From a virus (Duplodnaviria; Heunggongvirae; Uroviricota; Caudoviricetes), in IMG/VR virus record IMGVR_UViG_3300045988_156524: DNA of 64,000 nucleotides, one strand, 5' to 3'. Shown here in pieces: positions 42,316 to 52,124 of this stretch. Position numbers and translations under genes: made by a program. Every line of letters starts with the position of its first letter. Position 1 is the first letter of the stretch. The notes below the pieces were generated by a model, which was given only the letters and a program-made list of their open reading frames with translations, was not told the DNA's origin and did no database searches.

Positions 42316-42521
42316 TTGTTAATCCTCAAAACTTTATGCCCGGGCGCAAAAGCACGTGTTTTGTCTTTACTTATTCGCCACCCGTCTTTACGGGCCTCTT
42401 TTGCACAACCAGACCATGACGTACCGATATACTCACCGAAGTCTGGCACTGGATATACACCTTCCGTACACTGGCGGCAGTCACAATAGAGATGCATGGT
42501 GTAACTTGCAGCGATAGCCAT
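42312..42521 (-). CDS. Small Cys-rich protein (69 aa from ATG 42521)
   Basis: HLYCDCRQC...C motif; same RBS context as 41590. Confidence 0.4.
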   Translation of the reverse strand: MAIAASYTMHLYCDCRQCTEGVYPVPDFGEYIGTSWSGCAKEARKDGWRISKDKTRAFAPGHKVLRINK

Positions 42522-42522
42522 A

Positions 42523-42966
42523 TCACTCTCCTTTGATGCGAATGCCTGTTGCAATGCTGTTTATGATGCTGTCAGTGCATGGGGTAGAAAGCTGGGCATC
42601 TCCAGCAATTTTCATGACATCAACATCTGCATATCGAATACCGAGGTGTATCAGACCGGCTATACCTGACTTAAGCCGAGCATTTTCCATAAACAGATCC
42701 TTTGCCCGCTGTTTTTCTGCCTCAAGCTCAACGCGCAACTTCCCTACCGTTAGCGCAATATCCTCGTTCTCCTGGTCGCGGGATTTGATGTATTGCTGGT
42801 TTCTTTCCCGTTCATCCAACAATACCAGCGCGATATCTGGCGAAAAGTGCTTCATAAAATCGTTAAGCGCATTAATTCGCTGATCGAAAGGCATTACAGG
42901 TGCTTCACCAGCAATTTTTGTTTTTTCAGCGATTTCACGAAGCTTTTGATAATCAATCTTGCTCAC
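42523..42966 (-). CDS. Hypothetical coiled-coil protein (147 aa)
   Basis: ORF in operon. Confidence 0.4.
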   Translation of the reverse strand: MSKIDYQKLREIAEKTKIAGEAPVMPFDQRINALNDFMKHFSPDIALVLLDERERNQQYIKSRDQENEDIALTVGKLRVELEAEKQRAKDLFMENARLKSGIAGLIHLGIRYADVDVMKIAGDAQLSTPCTDSIINSIATGIRIKGE

Positions 42967-43697
42967 TGGTTGCCTCCTTTGCGAAGCTGGGCAGCAAAGT
43001 CAACTAACCACTCAGTCATTTCAACCTTCCCTACCAAGTCTGAACCAGGGTGCATACAGCAATCACTCTGCGCCGCTTTGAAATCCTTATACTCATATTC
43101 TTGGGCCACCAGATTTTTTGCAGCTTCTATAGCAGCATCCACCCCCTGCGCCCGGACTTCAGCCAAGAAAGCGTCGGTGGCTGACATATTTCCTGTTGCC
43201 TTCATGGCCTTCAAAATAACCAGAACGCCATCTCGCCCAACCACCTCAGCGATAACCTCGGTGTTGTCGCCAACAACATCGCAGAATGCCTGAACTGCCT
43301 TACGAGCCAGCTCATTCTCCACTGCCAGCGCCGTGCGATTACCCTCCAGCTCTGCAATGCGCTGTTTTGCGGCATCCAGTTCAATCGACAATTTTTCCAA
43401 CTGCTCTTGATGCTTCTTGTATTCCTGATATGCGTGCCAAGACTGACCTTTGCGCACACTATCAGTGATATCAGTAATCTGTTCTGGTGTTAGCGTGGTC
43501 AGTGGCTGTGATGGGAAAATAAGCACTTTCCCGGAATCCCAATCAAAACCAGCGTGAATTGACTGAACCTCAACTGAAGGTGTTGAACCAATGCTGCCAG
43601 GCGAATGAACAACGATTGTTACATCCATATCGCGACGATGGCTGTGGTTGTTGGACAAAATACGATTCACCAACTCAGAAAATTTGGAAATTTTCAT
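42963..43697 (-). CDS. Hypothetical protein, paralog A (244 aa)
   Basis: Shares C-terminal module ATDAFLAEVRAQG with 43981-44691. Confidence 0.45.
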   Translation of the reverse strand: MKISKFSELVNRILSNNHSHRRDMDVTIVVHSPGSIGSTPSVEVQSIHAGFDWDSGKVLIFPSQPLTTLTPEQITDITDSVRKGQSWHAYQEYKKHQEQLEKLSIELDAAKQRIAELEGNRTALAVENELARKAVQAFCDVVGDNTEVIAEVVGRDGVLVILKAMKATGNMSATDAFLAEVRAQGVDAAIEAAKNLVAQEYEYKDFKAAQSDCCMHPGSDLVGKVEMTEWLVDFAAQLRKGGNQ

Positions 43698-44017
43698 GCT
43701 GATTCCCCTTTCTCTGCTCTCTCCTGTCGGAACATCACTATCATCAGGTCGCCTTTTGTCGCTATCCTGGCTGTTGTACCTGGTTCAATGCGGCTAAGCT
43801 CAAATGCGTCATAGAACGCTTCTAATGCCTTCTGGCGTAGTTCCTGTTTGCGCCGTTTTTTCCACTGTTTTAGGAAAATGGAACCCAGCCATCGCCATGT
43901 GCGGGACATGATGTAAAGCCAACCGAGAAGTGCCAGACCGGTATTTAGGAGCGTATCGATCGTTATTGTCGTGTCGATATTCACTGGCTGCTTCCTTTGC
44001 GAATCTGTTCCGCCCAT
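43694..44017 (-). CDS. Small membrane protein (107 aa)
   Basis: Hydrophobic segment LALLGWLYIMS. Confidence 0.35.
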   Translation of the reverse strand: MGGTDSQRKQPVNIDTTITIDTLLNTGLALLGWLYIMSRTWRWLGSIFLKQWKKRRKQELRQKALEAFYDAFELSRIEPGTTARIATKGDLMIVMFRQERAEKGESA

Positions 44018-44691
44018 TCTTCAAGGGATTTCTCCGCATATTCACCAGACAGGCCATCAATCGGATGCGCTTCATTAGCCAACTCTTCTTTCGCTGACAA
44101 AATCATGCGTGTAACGTCGAAAACTTCACGCAAAGACTTATTGATAAATCCGTGATTGAACGCAGCAGCAAGACGGCTGGCGGTATAGTTAATCCCCTCG
44201 TTGCGTGCTTCCGCACGAATTTCAGCCAGAAAAGCATCGGTAGCTGGAGTTTCGCTGTGGTGCAGGGCATCGTTGATAATCATTGCAGCAACTCCGGCCT
44301 GCCCTGCATCCGTGACCGACACATGATCAAGAGTTACAGCCATTGCGAGTTTCAGCCCGGCGTTCTCTGCCACCAGAGCCGCGAGCTTAGTCTCAAGCGG
44401 TGCTATTCGGCACATAGCATCAATATTTGTGTCCTCCAGGCGCTTAATTTCGCCCAGGAGTGCCAGCGCAACTTTTGGTGGGATAGCCGCGATATAACGG
44501 GCATTAGCACCAGCATTCCTTTGCCCATCAATGCCAGGCCAGTCAATAAAGTATCCGCAATGCCTACCCTCAGACGTGCGCGCAGGATAAATGCCGTTAT
44601 GACCCGGCAAAATATATGCTACCCATTCATCTTGCGTTGCCTGTTCCGCCGCCTCGCGCAGTTCTTGATAGTCAATTGTCATTCTCGCCAT
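43981..44691 (-). CDS. Hypothetical protein, paralog B (236 aa)
   Basis: Shares ATDAFLAEIRAEA module with paralog A. Confidence 0.45.
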   Translation of the reverse strand: MARMTIDYQELREAAEQATQDEWVAYILPGHNGIYPARTSEGRHCGYFIDWPGIDGQRNAGANARYIAAIPPKVALALLGEIKRLEDTNIDAMCRIAPLETKLAALVAENAGLKLAMAVTLDHVSVTDAGQAGVAAMIINDALHHSETPATDAFLAEIRAEARNEGINYTASRLAAAFNHGFINKSLREVFDVTRMILSAKEELANEAHPIDGLSGEYAEKSLEEWAEQIRKGSSQ

Positions 44692-45323
44692 CCTTCACAG
44701 TTGTAATCACGACAGCCTTCAAAATCATATGGGCTGTACTGCCAGGTGATTTTTCCGCAATGCGGACAATTCCAACGCACCTTCCCGCTTCGCGACTTCT
44801 TTCTTCTGTTCTGCTTTTTCAACCAGTCAGGCATGATCAAACCTGCGCCCTGAACCATTGTTCTGCGGTTAAAGTTATTGATATTGAACGTCCGGCGCTT
44901 TGCTGCATCAGCAATGGAAAATGGCAACCAAACTATTCCTGGTTCGTTTTTGTTGGCGACGCTAAAGATGGTCGCTTTACTGAAGTCATCTGTTGGCAAT
45001 CCACCGTGTTGAAGCCAGTAAACATCGTTGCCGTTCCAGCTACCTTTTTTGTAGGCCACATACGCAGTGCAATCTGACTCAATCAGGCTTTCTGTAGGGA
45101 TGTACTGGCAATCAACGTGCCACACAGCCATTGCATCCACACTATCGGCACAAACAGGCTGATCGATATCTCGCCCACAATTCCAGGCTTTTTGGGCTTC
45201 TTCCAGCGTGTAAACATGAGCGCGATCGATATCAGAACTGTAACCATTGCCGTTATGGCAATGGAATGAGGCGTTATTACCCACAGTTTCACGCAAGCAC
45301 ATCATGTAAAAACGGTTACTCAC
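44679..45323 (-). CDS. Hypothetical protein with C-terminal zinc-ribbon (214 aa)
   Basis: CPHCG...C..C motif. Confidence 0.4.
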   Translation of the reverse strand: MSNRFYMMCLRETVGNNASFHCHNGNGYSSDIDRAHVYTLEEAQKAWNCGRDIDQPVCADSVDAMAVWHVDCQYIPTESLIESDCTAYVAYKKGSWNGNDVYWLQHGGLPTDDFSKATIFSVANKNEPGIVWLPFSIADAAKRRTFNINNFNRRTMVQGAGLIMPDWLKKQNRRKKSRSGKVRWNCPHCGKITWQYSPYDFEGCRDYNCEGWRE

Positions 45324-45531
45324 TGGATGCCTCCCAGCAAATTTGTCTTATATAAGAACTGTTAACGCGCTTTACTTTCCCGTCGAACTCCAGTTTCTTT
45401 AGACGACGCAAAACGTATGCCGTTTTGAGTGTGCGATATTTATCCCTAAGCCAGTTGGTCACGACGTAAGTCATACAGCGCCCGTGTTCTTCCAACACCC
45501 GAACTATTTCTTCGTCGGTTGGCTTGCTCAT
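45316..45531 (-). CDS. Small putative DNA-binding protein (71 aa)
   Basis: ORF in operon; basic. Confidence 0.35.
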   Translation of the reverse strand: MSKPTDEEIVRVLEEHGRCMTYVVTNWLRDKYRTLKTAYVLRRLKKLEFDGKVKRVNSSYIRQICWEASSE

Positions 45532-45749
45532 TTTGTCGCTCCTTCAGCTTTCTCTACTTTCGCTGCCATGATTTCCAGCTTTTGTGCTGCCGATGCCGCT
45601 AACCTGTGAAATTCTTCATCTGTTTCAACTGGAATTGGTACAAACCTGACACCAATTTGAGCAAGGCTATGCGCCATTTCGAGACTTGCTCTTAACTCTG
45701 CTGGGGATGCTTTATTCAGGCCGACTTCCTCACAAATAACTGATTGCAT
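45528..45749 (-). CDS. Small hypothetical protein (73 aa)
   Basis: ORF in operon. Confidence 0.35.
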   Translation of the reverse strand: MQSVICEEVGLNKASPAELRASLEMAHSLAQIGVRFVPIPVETDEEFHRLAASAAQKLEIMAAKVEKAEGATK

Positions 45750-45758
45750 ACGCTCGCC

Positions 45759-46484
45759 CTACTGAATACGCTCAAACTCGATTACCCAAACCCAGGGATT
45801 AGCGCTCCAGCTTTCTTCGCCGTAGATGGATTCCCACAGGCGCTGGAACGCAACCTTGGCCATTGCGAAATCCCCCTTGGGAGTAAGGAATGTTCCCGGG
45901 TGATCAGGAAGCAAACTTCCAGCAGGCGGAACACCCTCATCCCTTGCATCGCATTCGCTGATATCGTTCAACCGCTCAACGCGCACGTTGGTAATTTCCA
46001 CCAGGATGCGTGATGCCCATCGCGGCATGTGAATTGATGGACGCCACCCACCATCAAACTTTTCATTCACAGTGTGAGGTTTCCAGTCGGCATCATCGGG
46101 TATCGACCATAAACCGTAATCACCAGGCTTTTGCTCACAACTGGCCCGATAAATCCTTGCTGCGTTCTTCTCATCGCCACGACAAAGGTTGTCGTTCCAG
46201 TCCACACTGCAACCATCTTCATTGCCTAATATCGCCCATGTTTCACGAACCCAAATTCGATCGCCGACGATACCAAAGGGGCAATTGAAAACACTGCTTA
46301 CACCATCAGCCCCGTACCACTGAAAACCTGCACCAATTTTTCTAACCATCACTGGTGCTTCTGGACCAACTTCCGCAGGCTGATTTTTCATTATCCGCCG
46401 CGTCTGCGTTTTCCTTCCTTCGAGGATGGCCCGGACCATCTCATCGTTAAAAATCATGCCGCGCTCTTTCACTTCGCCTTTCAT
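45759..46484 (-). CDS. Hypothetical protein (241 aa)
   Basis: ATG with GGGGG RBS directly after the 28-aa peptide gene. Confidence 0.45.
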   Translation of the reverse strand: MKGEVKERGMIFNDEMVRAILEGRKTQTRRIMKNQPAEVGPEAPVMVRKIGAGFQWYGADGVSSVFNCPFGIVGDRIWVRETWAILGNEDGCSVDWNDNLCRGDEKNAARIYRASCEQKPGDYGLWSIPDDADWKPHTVNEKFDGGWRPSIHMPRWASRILVEITNVRVERLNDISECDARDEGVPPAGSLLPDHPGTFLTPKGDFAMAKVAFQRLWESIYGEESWSANPWVWVIEFERIQ

Positions 46485-46493
46485 GCATCCCCC

Positions 46494-46580
46494 TTACCCA
46501 TGTGCGACGATGCCGCCAAAAGTGATAGAGAACAGCCAGAAATAGATCGCGGCCATAATGATTTTGAATGCCGTGTTCAT
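46494..46580 (-). CDS. Small hydrophobic peptide, 28 aa (MNTAFKIIMAAIYFWLFSITFGGIVAHG)
   Basis: ATG with AGGAGCTG RBS; sits between a C1 operator/hairpin and the next gene; below track cut-off. Confidence 0.4.
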   Translation of the reverse strand: MNTAFKIIMAAIYFWLFSITFGGIVAHG

Positions 46581-46662
46581 ATTTTCAGCTCCTGTGATTG
46601 ATTGGATACATGCCGCGCCTTGCGGCATGTTTTTATTTTCACTTTCTCTGTTTTAAAAATCA

Positions 46663-46679
46663 AGATTTATTAGAGCAAT
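46663..46679 (-). promoter_or_regulatory. C1 operator
   Basis: Reverse complement ATTGCTCTAATAAATCT. Confidence 0.55.
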
Positions 46680-47185
46680 TATTGTTGGTGGAGAAGCGCG
46701 TTTTCATACTCCCTGACCATTAACGTAAGTACGCCGTGACTCCTGAAAACACGCGCCACTTCAATCTTATCTTCCAGCGCGAACGCAATTTTACTTAGAC
46801 CAATTTTCTTCAGGAGATCAATCTTTGCTGGACCGTCATTTCTGTCATCGGTGGCAGGACGCATAGATAGCAAAGGCTCAGCCCCATTTGTTACGTGCTT
46901 ACGCAACCAGGCTCGTGTTTTATCCCTGGCTATCTCACAGCGCCCGGTTACAAACCAGAGGGTGTAAATGCCGGACAACTGGCGCACCATATCAATAACT
47001 GGAGTGATGGGAGCATCAGTGTCACAGGCAAGGTTAAACTCGTTCCAGTGCTCTGTTAATGCACCTTTGCCAGGTGGTGGAAGTAAATGCAGCCTGTCTT
47101 CCGTTGCCTCTGATATCGTCCCATCAATATCTACTATGACGATGTACGGACGTTCCTGGTGTGCGTGTTTATTGAAAATACTCAA
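46679..47185 (-). CDS. HAD-superfamily phosphatase-like protein (168 aa)
   Basis: N-terminal IVIVDIDGTIS (DxDGT) motif; TTG start after GAGGAGGG. Confidence 0.55.
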   Translation of the reverse strand: MSIFNKHAHQERPYIVIVDIDGTISEATEDRLHLLPPPGKGALTEHWNEFNLACDTDAPITPVIDMVRQLSGIYTLWFVTGRCEIARDKTRAWLRKHVTNGAEPLLSMRPATDDRNDGPAKIDLLKKIGLSKIAFALEDKIEVARVFRSHGVLTLMVREYENALLHQQ

Positions 47186-47257
47186 ATGCCCTCCTCATTG
47201 GACGAAAAAAATGCTGGTGGGCGCACTCCACCAGCATTAAATGTGACACTGTAACTA

Positions 47258-48520
47258 TCAGCGAACGTAAATAGTGCCGCCGTTCTCTTTTTCCCATGCA
47301 TCGCTACGTGCATAGCAAACATCGAGAAGTCTTCTTGCCGCAGTTTCCTCTAAACCCAATTCAACAACCAACTGCTCATGACGGCGGGTAACTACATCAA
47401 ATAGGCTATGCAGCCCTTTATTGGCCAGTTCATCAATGAATTCCGGTTCGAACGGCAGCTCTACCTCTGCCAACATAACCTCTTGCGCCCACTCAACTCG
47501 ACGGACCAGTTCCGGGCGGCGGCTTTCCATCTCTTTACAGATCAATTCATGGAAGAACTCTACCCAACCTTCCGGCTGGAACTCGCGGAAAATGGCCAAC
47601 GGCTGGAAGTTTGGCATCAACCATTCGTTGATCCGGATATCAATGGCATAGCCCATGTCGCAGCAGAACTGATAAGCAAAGTCCAGCTTAGAAACGATAT
47701 AAGGACGCTCGTTATTGAACTCTTTAGGCGATGAGATCCCATAAGCCAGGAGGCGCGGGAAGAAGGAGATTTGCCCTAACGTCGGATGAAGTTTGCTTGC
47801 AGGGAAACGGCGCTCAGTAATGCCATACATTTCCTTCTTGAGCGTCGCAAATTTGGCATTCTCATTAACCAGCGCGGTAACCTCTGCTTTTTTATTAGCA
47901 AATGCCACGCGCGCTTCGCTTGCATCTTTAATAGTTTTTTTGAGCTGTTGGTTAAGGTCGGCGACCTGCTTACGCAGTTCCTGTCGCTCGCTTTTAGCTT
48001 TGTTATAGCGTTTCTCAAGGTTAAAAGGATCAAGTTTCATGATCTCTTTATATTGAGATTTTAGCGTTGAAATCTGTGAGTTCCGCAGTTCAACCATCGC
48101 GGTCATTTCATTGAGTTTTGTTTCCAGCTCAATGCTTATACGTTCGGCATTATCAGCACGCTGGTTGGCGTCATGCGTCGCATCGTCGATCGCGTCCTGT
48201 TGCTGGCGTTTCAAATGTTCAATTTGCAGCTGAAGCTCTTCAATTTCTTTACCCTTCAGACCGAGATCCAACTGCATATTTTCAGCTGCATCTACCAGGG
48301 AGTTATGGCTATCAGCTTCTGCGTTATAAACATCAATAAGCTGTGCGTGAAGCATCTCCGCTGACTGAACCGCATTATCAAAAAAACGTGCTGTGAGGTC
48401 ATCACAACTAACGCGGCGTTGCGCGGCCCGGATGTTCTGGATAATGGCCGGGATACCGGCATTCAGGACATCAGGGATAGATACATTTTCGATTGATTGG
48501 TTTTGTGCTGAAGTGCTCAT
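47258..48520 (-). CDS. Hypothetical coiled-coil protein (420 aa)
   Basis: ATG ORF; long heptad-like central region. Confidence 0.5.
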   Translation of the reverse strand: MSTSAQNQSIENVSIPDVLNAGIPAIIQNIRAAQRRVSCDDLTARFFDNAVQSAEMLHAQLIDVYNAEADSHNSLVDAAENMQLDLGLKGKEIEELQLQIEHLKRQQQDAIDDATHDANQRADNAERISIELETKLNEMTAMVELRNSQISTLKSQYKEIMKLDPFNLEKRYNKAKSERQELRKQVADLNQQLKKTIKDASEARVAFANKKAEVTALVNENAKFATLKKEMYGITERRFPASKLHPTLGQISFFPRLLAYGISSPKEFNNERPYIVSKLDFAYQFCCDMGYAIDIRINEWLMPNFQPLAIFREFQPEGWVEFFHELICKEMESRRPELVRRVEWAQEVMLAEVELPFEPEFIDELANKGLHSLFDVVTRRHEQLVVELGLEETAARRLLDVCYARSDAWEKENGGTIYVR

Positions 48521-48521
48521 T

Positions 48522-48740
48522 TCAAAGTTCCGTATTAGCTTGTGCTTCGGTCATTTTTCCTAAGTATGAAGGAGGAAGGACTACGCAATTTGTATCCAGT
48601 CCCTCACCTATGGCAGCCTGTAAAATTCTGGCTAAGGTGAGTCTCTTGTTGCGATACCTGGTGATGACATGCCTGATACCGCCGGTCGGCGTAACAAAGG
48701 CGATCAGCCAGTAGTGATATTTCCGTCGGAATGGCCACAT
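48522..48740 (-). CDS. Small hypothetical protein (72 aa)
   Basis: ORF downstream of a divergent operator pair. Confidence 0.35.
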   Translation of the reverse strand: MWPFRRKYHYWLIAFVTPTGGIRHVITRYRNKRLTLARILQAAIGEGLDTNCVVLPPSYLGKMTEAQANTEL

Positions 48741-48754
48741 AGTGCACCTTGTAG

Positions 48755-48771
48755 ATTGCTCTAATAAAAAA
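48755..48771 (+). promoter_or_regulatory. C1 operator
   Basis: ATTGCTCTAATAAAAAA. Confidence 0.55.
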
Positions 48772-48803
48772 CGTGATGAGTGTACATCACGTTTTAAAAA
48801 TAT

Positions 48804-48820
48804 GGAATTATTAGAGCAAT
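48804..48820 (-). promoter_or_regulatory. C1 operator, inverted relative to 48755-48771
   Basis: Reverse complement ATTGCTCTAATAATTCC. Confidence 0.55.
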
Positions 48821-48821
48821 A

Positions 48822-49523
48822 TTATTCTGATTCTCGCTCAAAAAATGAGCTGATAAGGGGAAGCCAATCCTCTGACACTTCGCGAGGTCGCGGTTTGCCG
48901 TGGAAAAAGATTATTCGGCAGTCTTTTGGTAATGCCCCATTCCCCCTGGAGTAACGCGCGCTCGCATATTTTGAACCAGGTTCCACAACATCGGCCTTGT
49001 AACTTACAAACCATCCTGGATACAGATCCTGAAATGCTGGTGTATCATCGCCCATAACCTTTCGTAAGAACCCCTGGTCACCCCAACACTCAGTAGTGAC
49101 ACAACGAGAAATCCAACCTTCCGGATCTTGCCAGAATGAACTCCAGATATGCGCTTTAACACTATTTGGTATCCACAGGGCACCGCTGCCACGATATTGT
49201 GGATGGTAAAAATCCCTAAGCATGGTGAAGCTGGTTGGTGGATGCTCTAGGATTGGGCGTATATCACCGGCAATAACCGTGTCCAAATCCAGATAGAACA
49301 GATCATCGGTTATATCCGGTCGGAACAACTCGATTTTCGCCCACCAGCCACGGCACTTTTGCCACTGGTTGATCAATGGGACAACTTTGACGCCAGGTAC
49401 ATGTAAACGCTTCAGGTCTGTCAGGCAAATAATTTCATAGCCTTTTGGCAGTTGATTAACCAGCCACTGCACATCGGAAGCGTTATAGTCACCACCAGAG
49501 CGAAAAACTAAAGCAATCTTCAT
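48822..49523 (-). CDS. Hypothetical protein with DxD-type motif, possible nucleotide-sugar transferase (233 aa)
   Basis: YLDLDTV motif; ORF in operon. Confidence 0.4.
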   Translation of the reverse strand: MKIALVFRSGGDYNASDVQWLVNQLPKGYEIICLTDLKRLHVPGVKVVPLINQWQKCRGWWAKIELFRPDITDDLFYLDLDTVIAGDIRPILEHPPTSFTMLRDFYHPQYRGSGALWIPNSVKAHIWSSFWQDPEGWISRCVTTECWGDQGFLRKVMGDDTPAFQDLYPGWFVSYKADVVEPGSKYASARYSRGNGALPKDCRIIFFHGKPRPREVSEDWLPLISSFFERESE

Positions 49524-50194
49524 GCTGCACCATCACCTTTCACTTTCATCAATGTCAGGTTTCCGCAAAATACGGCACCAGTGTCGATATACTGCTGATT
49601 CCAGAATGTCTTCGGGCTTTTCACCGGAGTGTGACCAAAGATAAAACGATCTGCGCCCGAAATTTCGCCACCAATATCATCCATCGAATCACTGATACGC
49701 TCGCGCGCCCAGACAACGTTGAAAAGCGGTACCTCCTTACCGAATTGGTATTCATTATCCGGATAGTCGGCATGGGCTATAACGATAGTTTCTTGCCCGG
49801 TGTTCAACTCAATGATATAGGGCAGACGCTTTACCAGCTCCACCAGCGCCCAGGCTAATATTTCCTGATCAGTGTCCAGCATGAAGAACCATTGTCCGCC
49901 ATTCATTAGCCAGTTATTCACGTTGCCATCTGGACTTAACGCATCAATCATCAGCCGCTCATGGTTCCCCATCACTGCCCTGAACCAGGGCATCTGCAAT
50001 AGTTCCAGACATTCGACATTTTCAGTACCGCGATCGATAAGGTCGCCGACCGATATCAGTAAATCCTGCGCCGGGTCAAAATCCACACGATGGAGTTCGG
50101 ACATCAGTCTGGTGTAGCAACCATGCAGATCACCAACAACCCAGACATTCCTGTATTTGGTACCGTCGATACGGTGATAAATTGTGGGTGCCAT
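49520..50194 (-). CDS. ppp: Ser/Thr protein phosphatase, lambda-PPase-like (224 aa from ATG 50194)
   Basis: GDLHG, GDLIDRG, GNHE metallophosphatase motifs; collinear with lambda phosphatase as I recall it. Confidence 0.75.
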   Translation of the reverse strand: MAPTIYHRIDGTKYRNVWVVGDLHGCYTRLMSELHRVDFDPAQDLLISVGDLIDRGTENVECLELLQMPWFRAVMGNHERLMIDALSPDGNVNNWLMNGGQWFFMLDTDQEILAWALVELVKRLPYIIELNTGQETIVIAHADYPDNEYQFGKEVPLFNVVWARERISDSMDDIGGEISGADRFIFGHTPVKSPKTFWNQQYIDTGAVFCGNLTLMKVKGDGAA

Positions 50195-50820
50195 CATGTA
50201 TTCTTCAGCCATTCTTTAAGAGTCATCTGCGGAATACCTCCCATTTTCCCGCATGAAACAACGTCAATCCGTTCACGCGCAGACTGGAATAACAAAGGCA
50301 GGTGACTTAGATTTTTTGGCGTGCCGCCGGAGTGAACGCGTGGTTCTTGTGTAGCGTCAACGCCCACCAGGGCGACATGTTTGAATCCGATATGGAAAGC
50401 CAGGTTCAGAGCACCATATGCACTATTGCCGCTGGCAATTTCATTCTCATCTTCGCAAAGTCCGAAATGTGCGGACCAGCGCCACGCCCACCACTCGGGA
50501 GAATTCGTATTTTTTGGCTCCATGCCACGTTCAGCCACACGACGGAAGCACAGAACGCCGTCTCTGACTTCACGTTCTTTAACATCGGGTAGTGCCATGC
50601 AATAACAAACACCACGGCGACGGCGGCCACGACCAACGCGCCGCATATTGTCTGGCGATGGATCAAGTGTGAAAAAATAAGAAGCGCGGTTCAGCCAGTC
50701 GATGGCCCCATTGACCGCTATAATCGGCACTCCGCGCGGCGCAACAAAGTTTGCGGCGCTTGGGCCACTGCCGACGATAATAACGCGATCACTGCCTCTA
50801 AATTTATTCTTGGGAAACAT
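50194..50820 (-). CDS. Maf/DUF115-like putative glycosyltransferase, paralog 2 (208 aa)
   Basis: [10 protein letters not shown] ... IIAVNGA motifs; overlaps upstream paralog by about 100 nt. Confidence 0.4.
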   Translation of the reverse strand: MFPKNKFRGSDRVIIVGSGPSAANFVAPRGVPIIAVNGAIDWLNRASYFFTLDPSPDNMRRVGRGRRRRGVCYCMALPDVKEREVRDGVLCFRRVAERGMEPKNTNSPEWWAWRWSAHFGLCEDENEIASGNSAYGALNLAFHIGFKHVALVGVDATQEPRVHSGGTPKNLSHLPLLFQSARERIDVVSCGKMGGIPQMTLKEWLKNT

Positions 50821-51380
50821 TGAATTGCACTGCTCCTACTTGCATTCAAAATATGTAAATCTGCGTGTTTTTTGCGGGTATCCAGGAACTGCTGTTGCCA
50901 TTTTGAAATAGACACCTGCGTTGGATTCCGTAGGGCTTGAGGGTGCGCGCCATGCCAATGAAGGCCGTTTTGCAGAGAACAGTCATAGCCGACTAATACC
51001 ACTACTTCAGCCCCTGATTCAGCAGCCAGACTGATAGCCTGCGCGCCGCTATTTACCCCTTCCGCCGGTCCACAATATCGCCTGTACTCCAACGAAAATG
51101 ATTTCGCCGCCGCCAGGTTGGCTGTCACTTTGCGGAATCTCCCTCCCGGTATGGTGGATCCGTATTGCTTCCACCATGACAAATCACCGGCGTATAAGGC
51201 ATAAATGTCATCGAACATCTGCCAGGAATTGTTAACCGCGATGATTGAACAGCCAGTTTTTTCTATAGCAGCACAGTCCTCACGAGTGAGTGACGGACCG
51301 CTACCGACACAAAAAACAGTCCTAGTCGCCCTGGGTGGTATGTTCATTCTCAGCTGCAAATTCAGCCTCCAGGCGAGCAT
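50718..51380 (-). CDS. Maf/DUF115-like putative glycosyltransferase, paralog 1 (220 aa)
   Basis: VFCVGSGPSL ... IIAVNNS motifs. Confidence 0.4.
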   Translation of the reverse strand: MLAWRLNLQLRMNIPPRATRTVFCVGSGPSLTREDCAAIEKTGCSIIAVNNSWQMFDDIYALYAGDLSWWKQYGSTIPGGRFRKVTANLAAAKSFSLEYRRYCGPAEGVNSGAQAISLAAESGAEVVVLVGYDCSLQNGLHWHGAHPQALRNPTQVSISKWQQQFLDTRKKHADLHILNASRSSAIQCFPRINLEAVIALLSSAVAQAPQTLLRRAECRL

Positions 51381-51543
51381 TCATTTCAGCGATTACAGGG
51401 TCCACTACAGCATCTGTTTCCTGTTCATTACGCGGCATGACCGATGCCAGCGACTCATAATTAACCTTGGATGACACGATTATTCTCCCGATGTTAAAGT
51501 GCACTACCACAAAGAGCGTAAATGCACTAATTAATTTATTATT

Positions 51544-52122
51544 TTAAGCAGCATACAACCACTTGTCGCCGTTCAATACATGCTCAATAGCCTCACCCTT
51601 TTTAAGGCTTATGTATTCCAGGATGGCGGTTATCGCTTGTTCTGCACCATACGCAAGAACGACGTAGTAACCTTCCTCTCTAAGCCTGCGCATCCAGGCG
51701 ATCTGCTCTTTCGTCGGGGCTTTACCATTTGGTTCTTTAAGCTCAATTCGCATGCCGTGATAAATACCGCATGCTTTATCGAGACTCATGTCCGGATAAC
51801 CTTTTTTCTGCCCTTCAGCCTTCATTTTCCCGGCGGTTGCTTTTGAACGTTTCCCTCCGTTAGGCGTTGCATGCAACAGCTCATAGATGTCAGGGTGCTT
51901 GCGTTCGAAGTAATCAAAAATGAAAACCTGCTCGAAGTGCTCGCAATTTCCGTCGCGCAGGTCTGGGTTCTTTGCAAGTGCTGCAAGTGCCTTCGCATGT
52001 GGAGAAACTTCTTTTACCGGCGCAAGCGATAAGAATGGATCCTTTTTGGTTTTTGGCCTGGACCGCCCCTTATTTCGACGCTCACTAAAAGCCTGAAACT
52101 CTTCCTCAGTAAAGCGCAACAT
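51544..52122 (-). CDS. VRR-NUC domain nuclease-like protein (192 aa)
   Basis: KKGYPDMSL...GMRIELKEPNG...Q pattern typical of VRR-NUC. Confidence 0.55.
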   Translation of the reverse strand: MLRFTEEEFQAFSERRNKGRSRPKTKKDPFLSLAPVKEVSPHAKALAALAKNPDLRDGNCEHFEQVFIFDYFERKHPDIYELLHATPNGGKRSKATAGKMKAEGQKKGYPDMSLDKACGIYHGMRIELKEPNGKAPTKEQIAWMRRLREEGYYVVLAYGAEQAITAILEYISLKKGEAIEHVLNGDKWLYAA

Positions 52123-52124
52123 AA

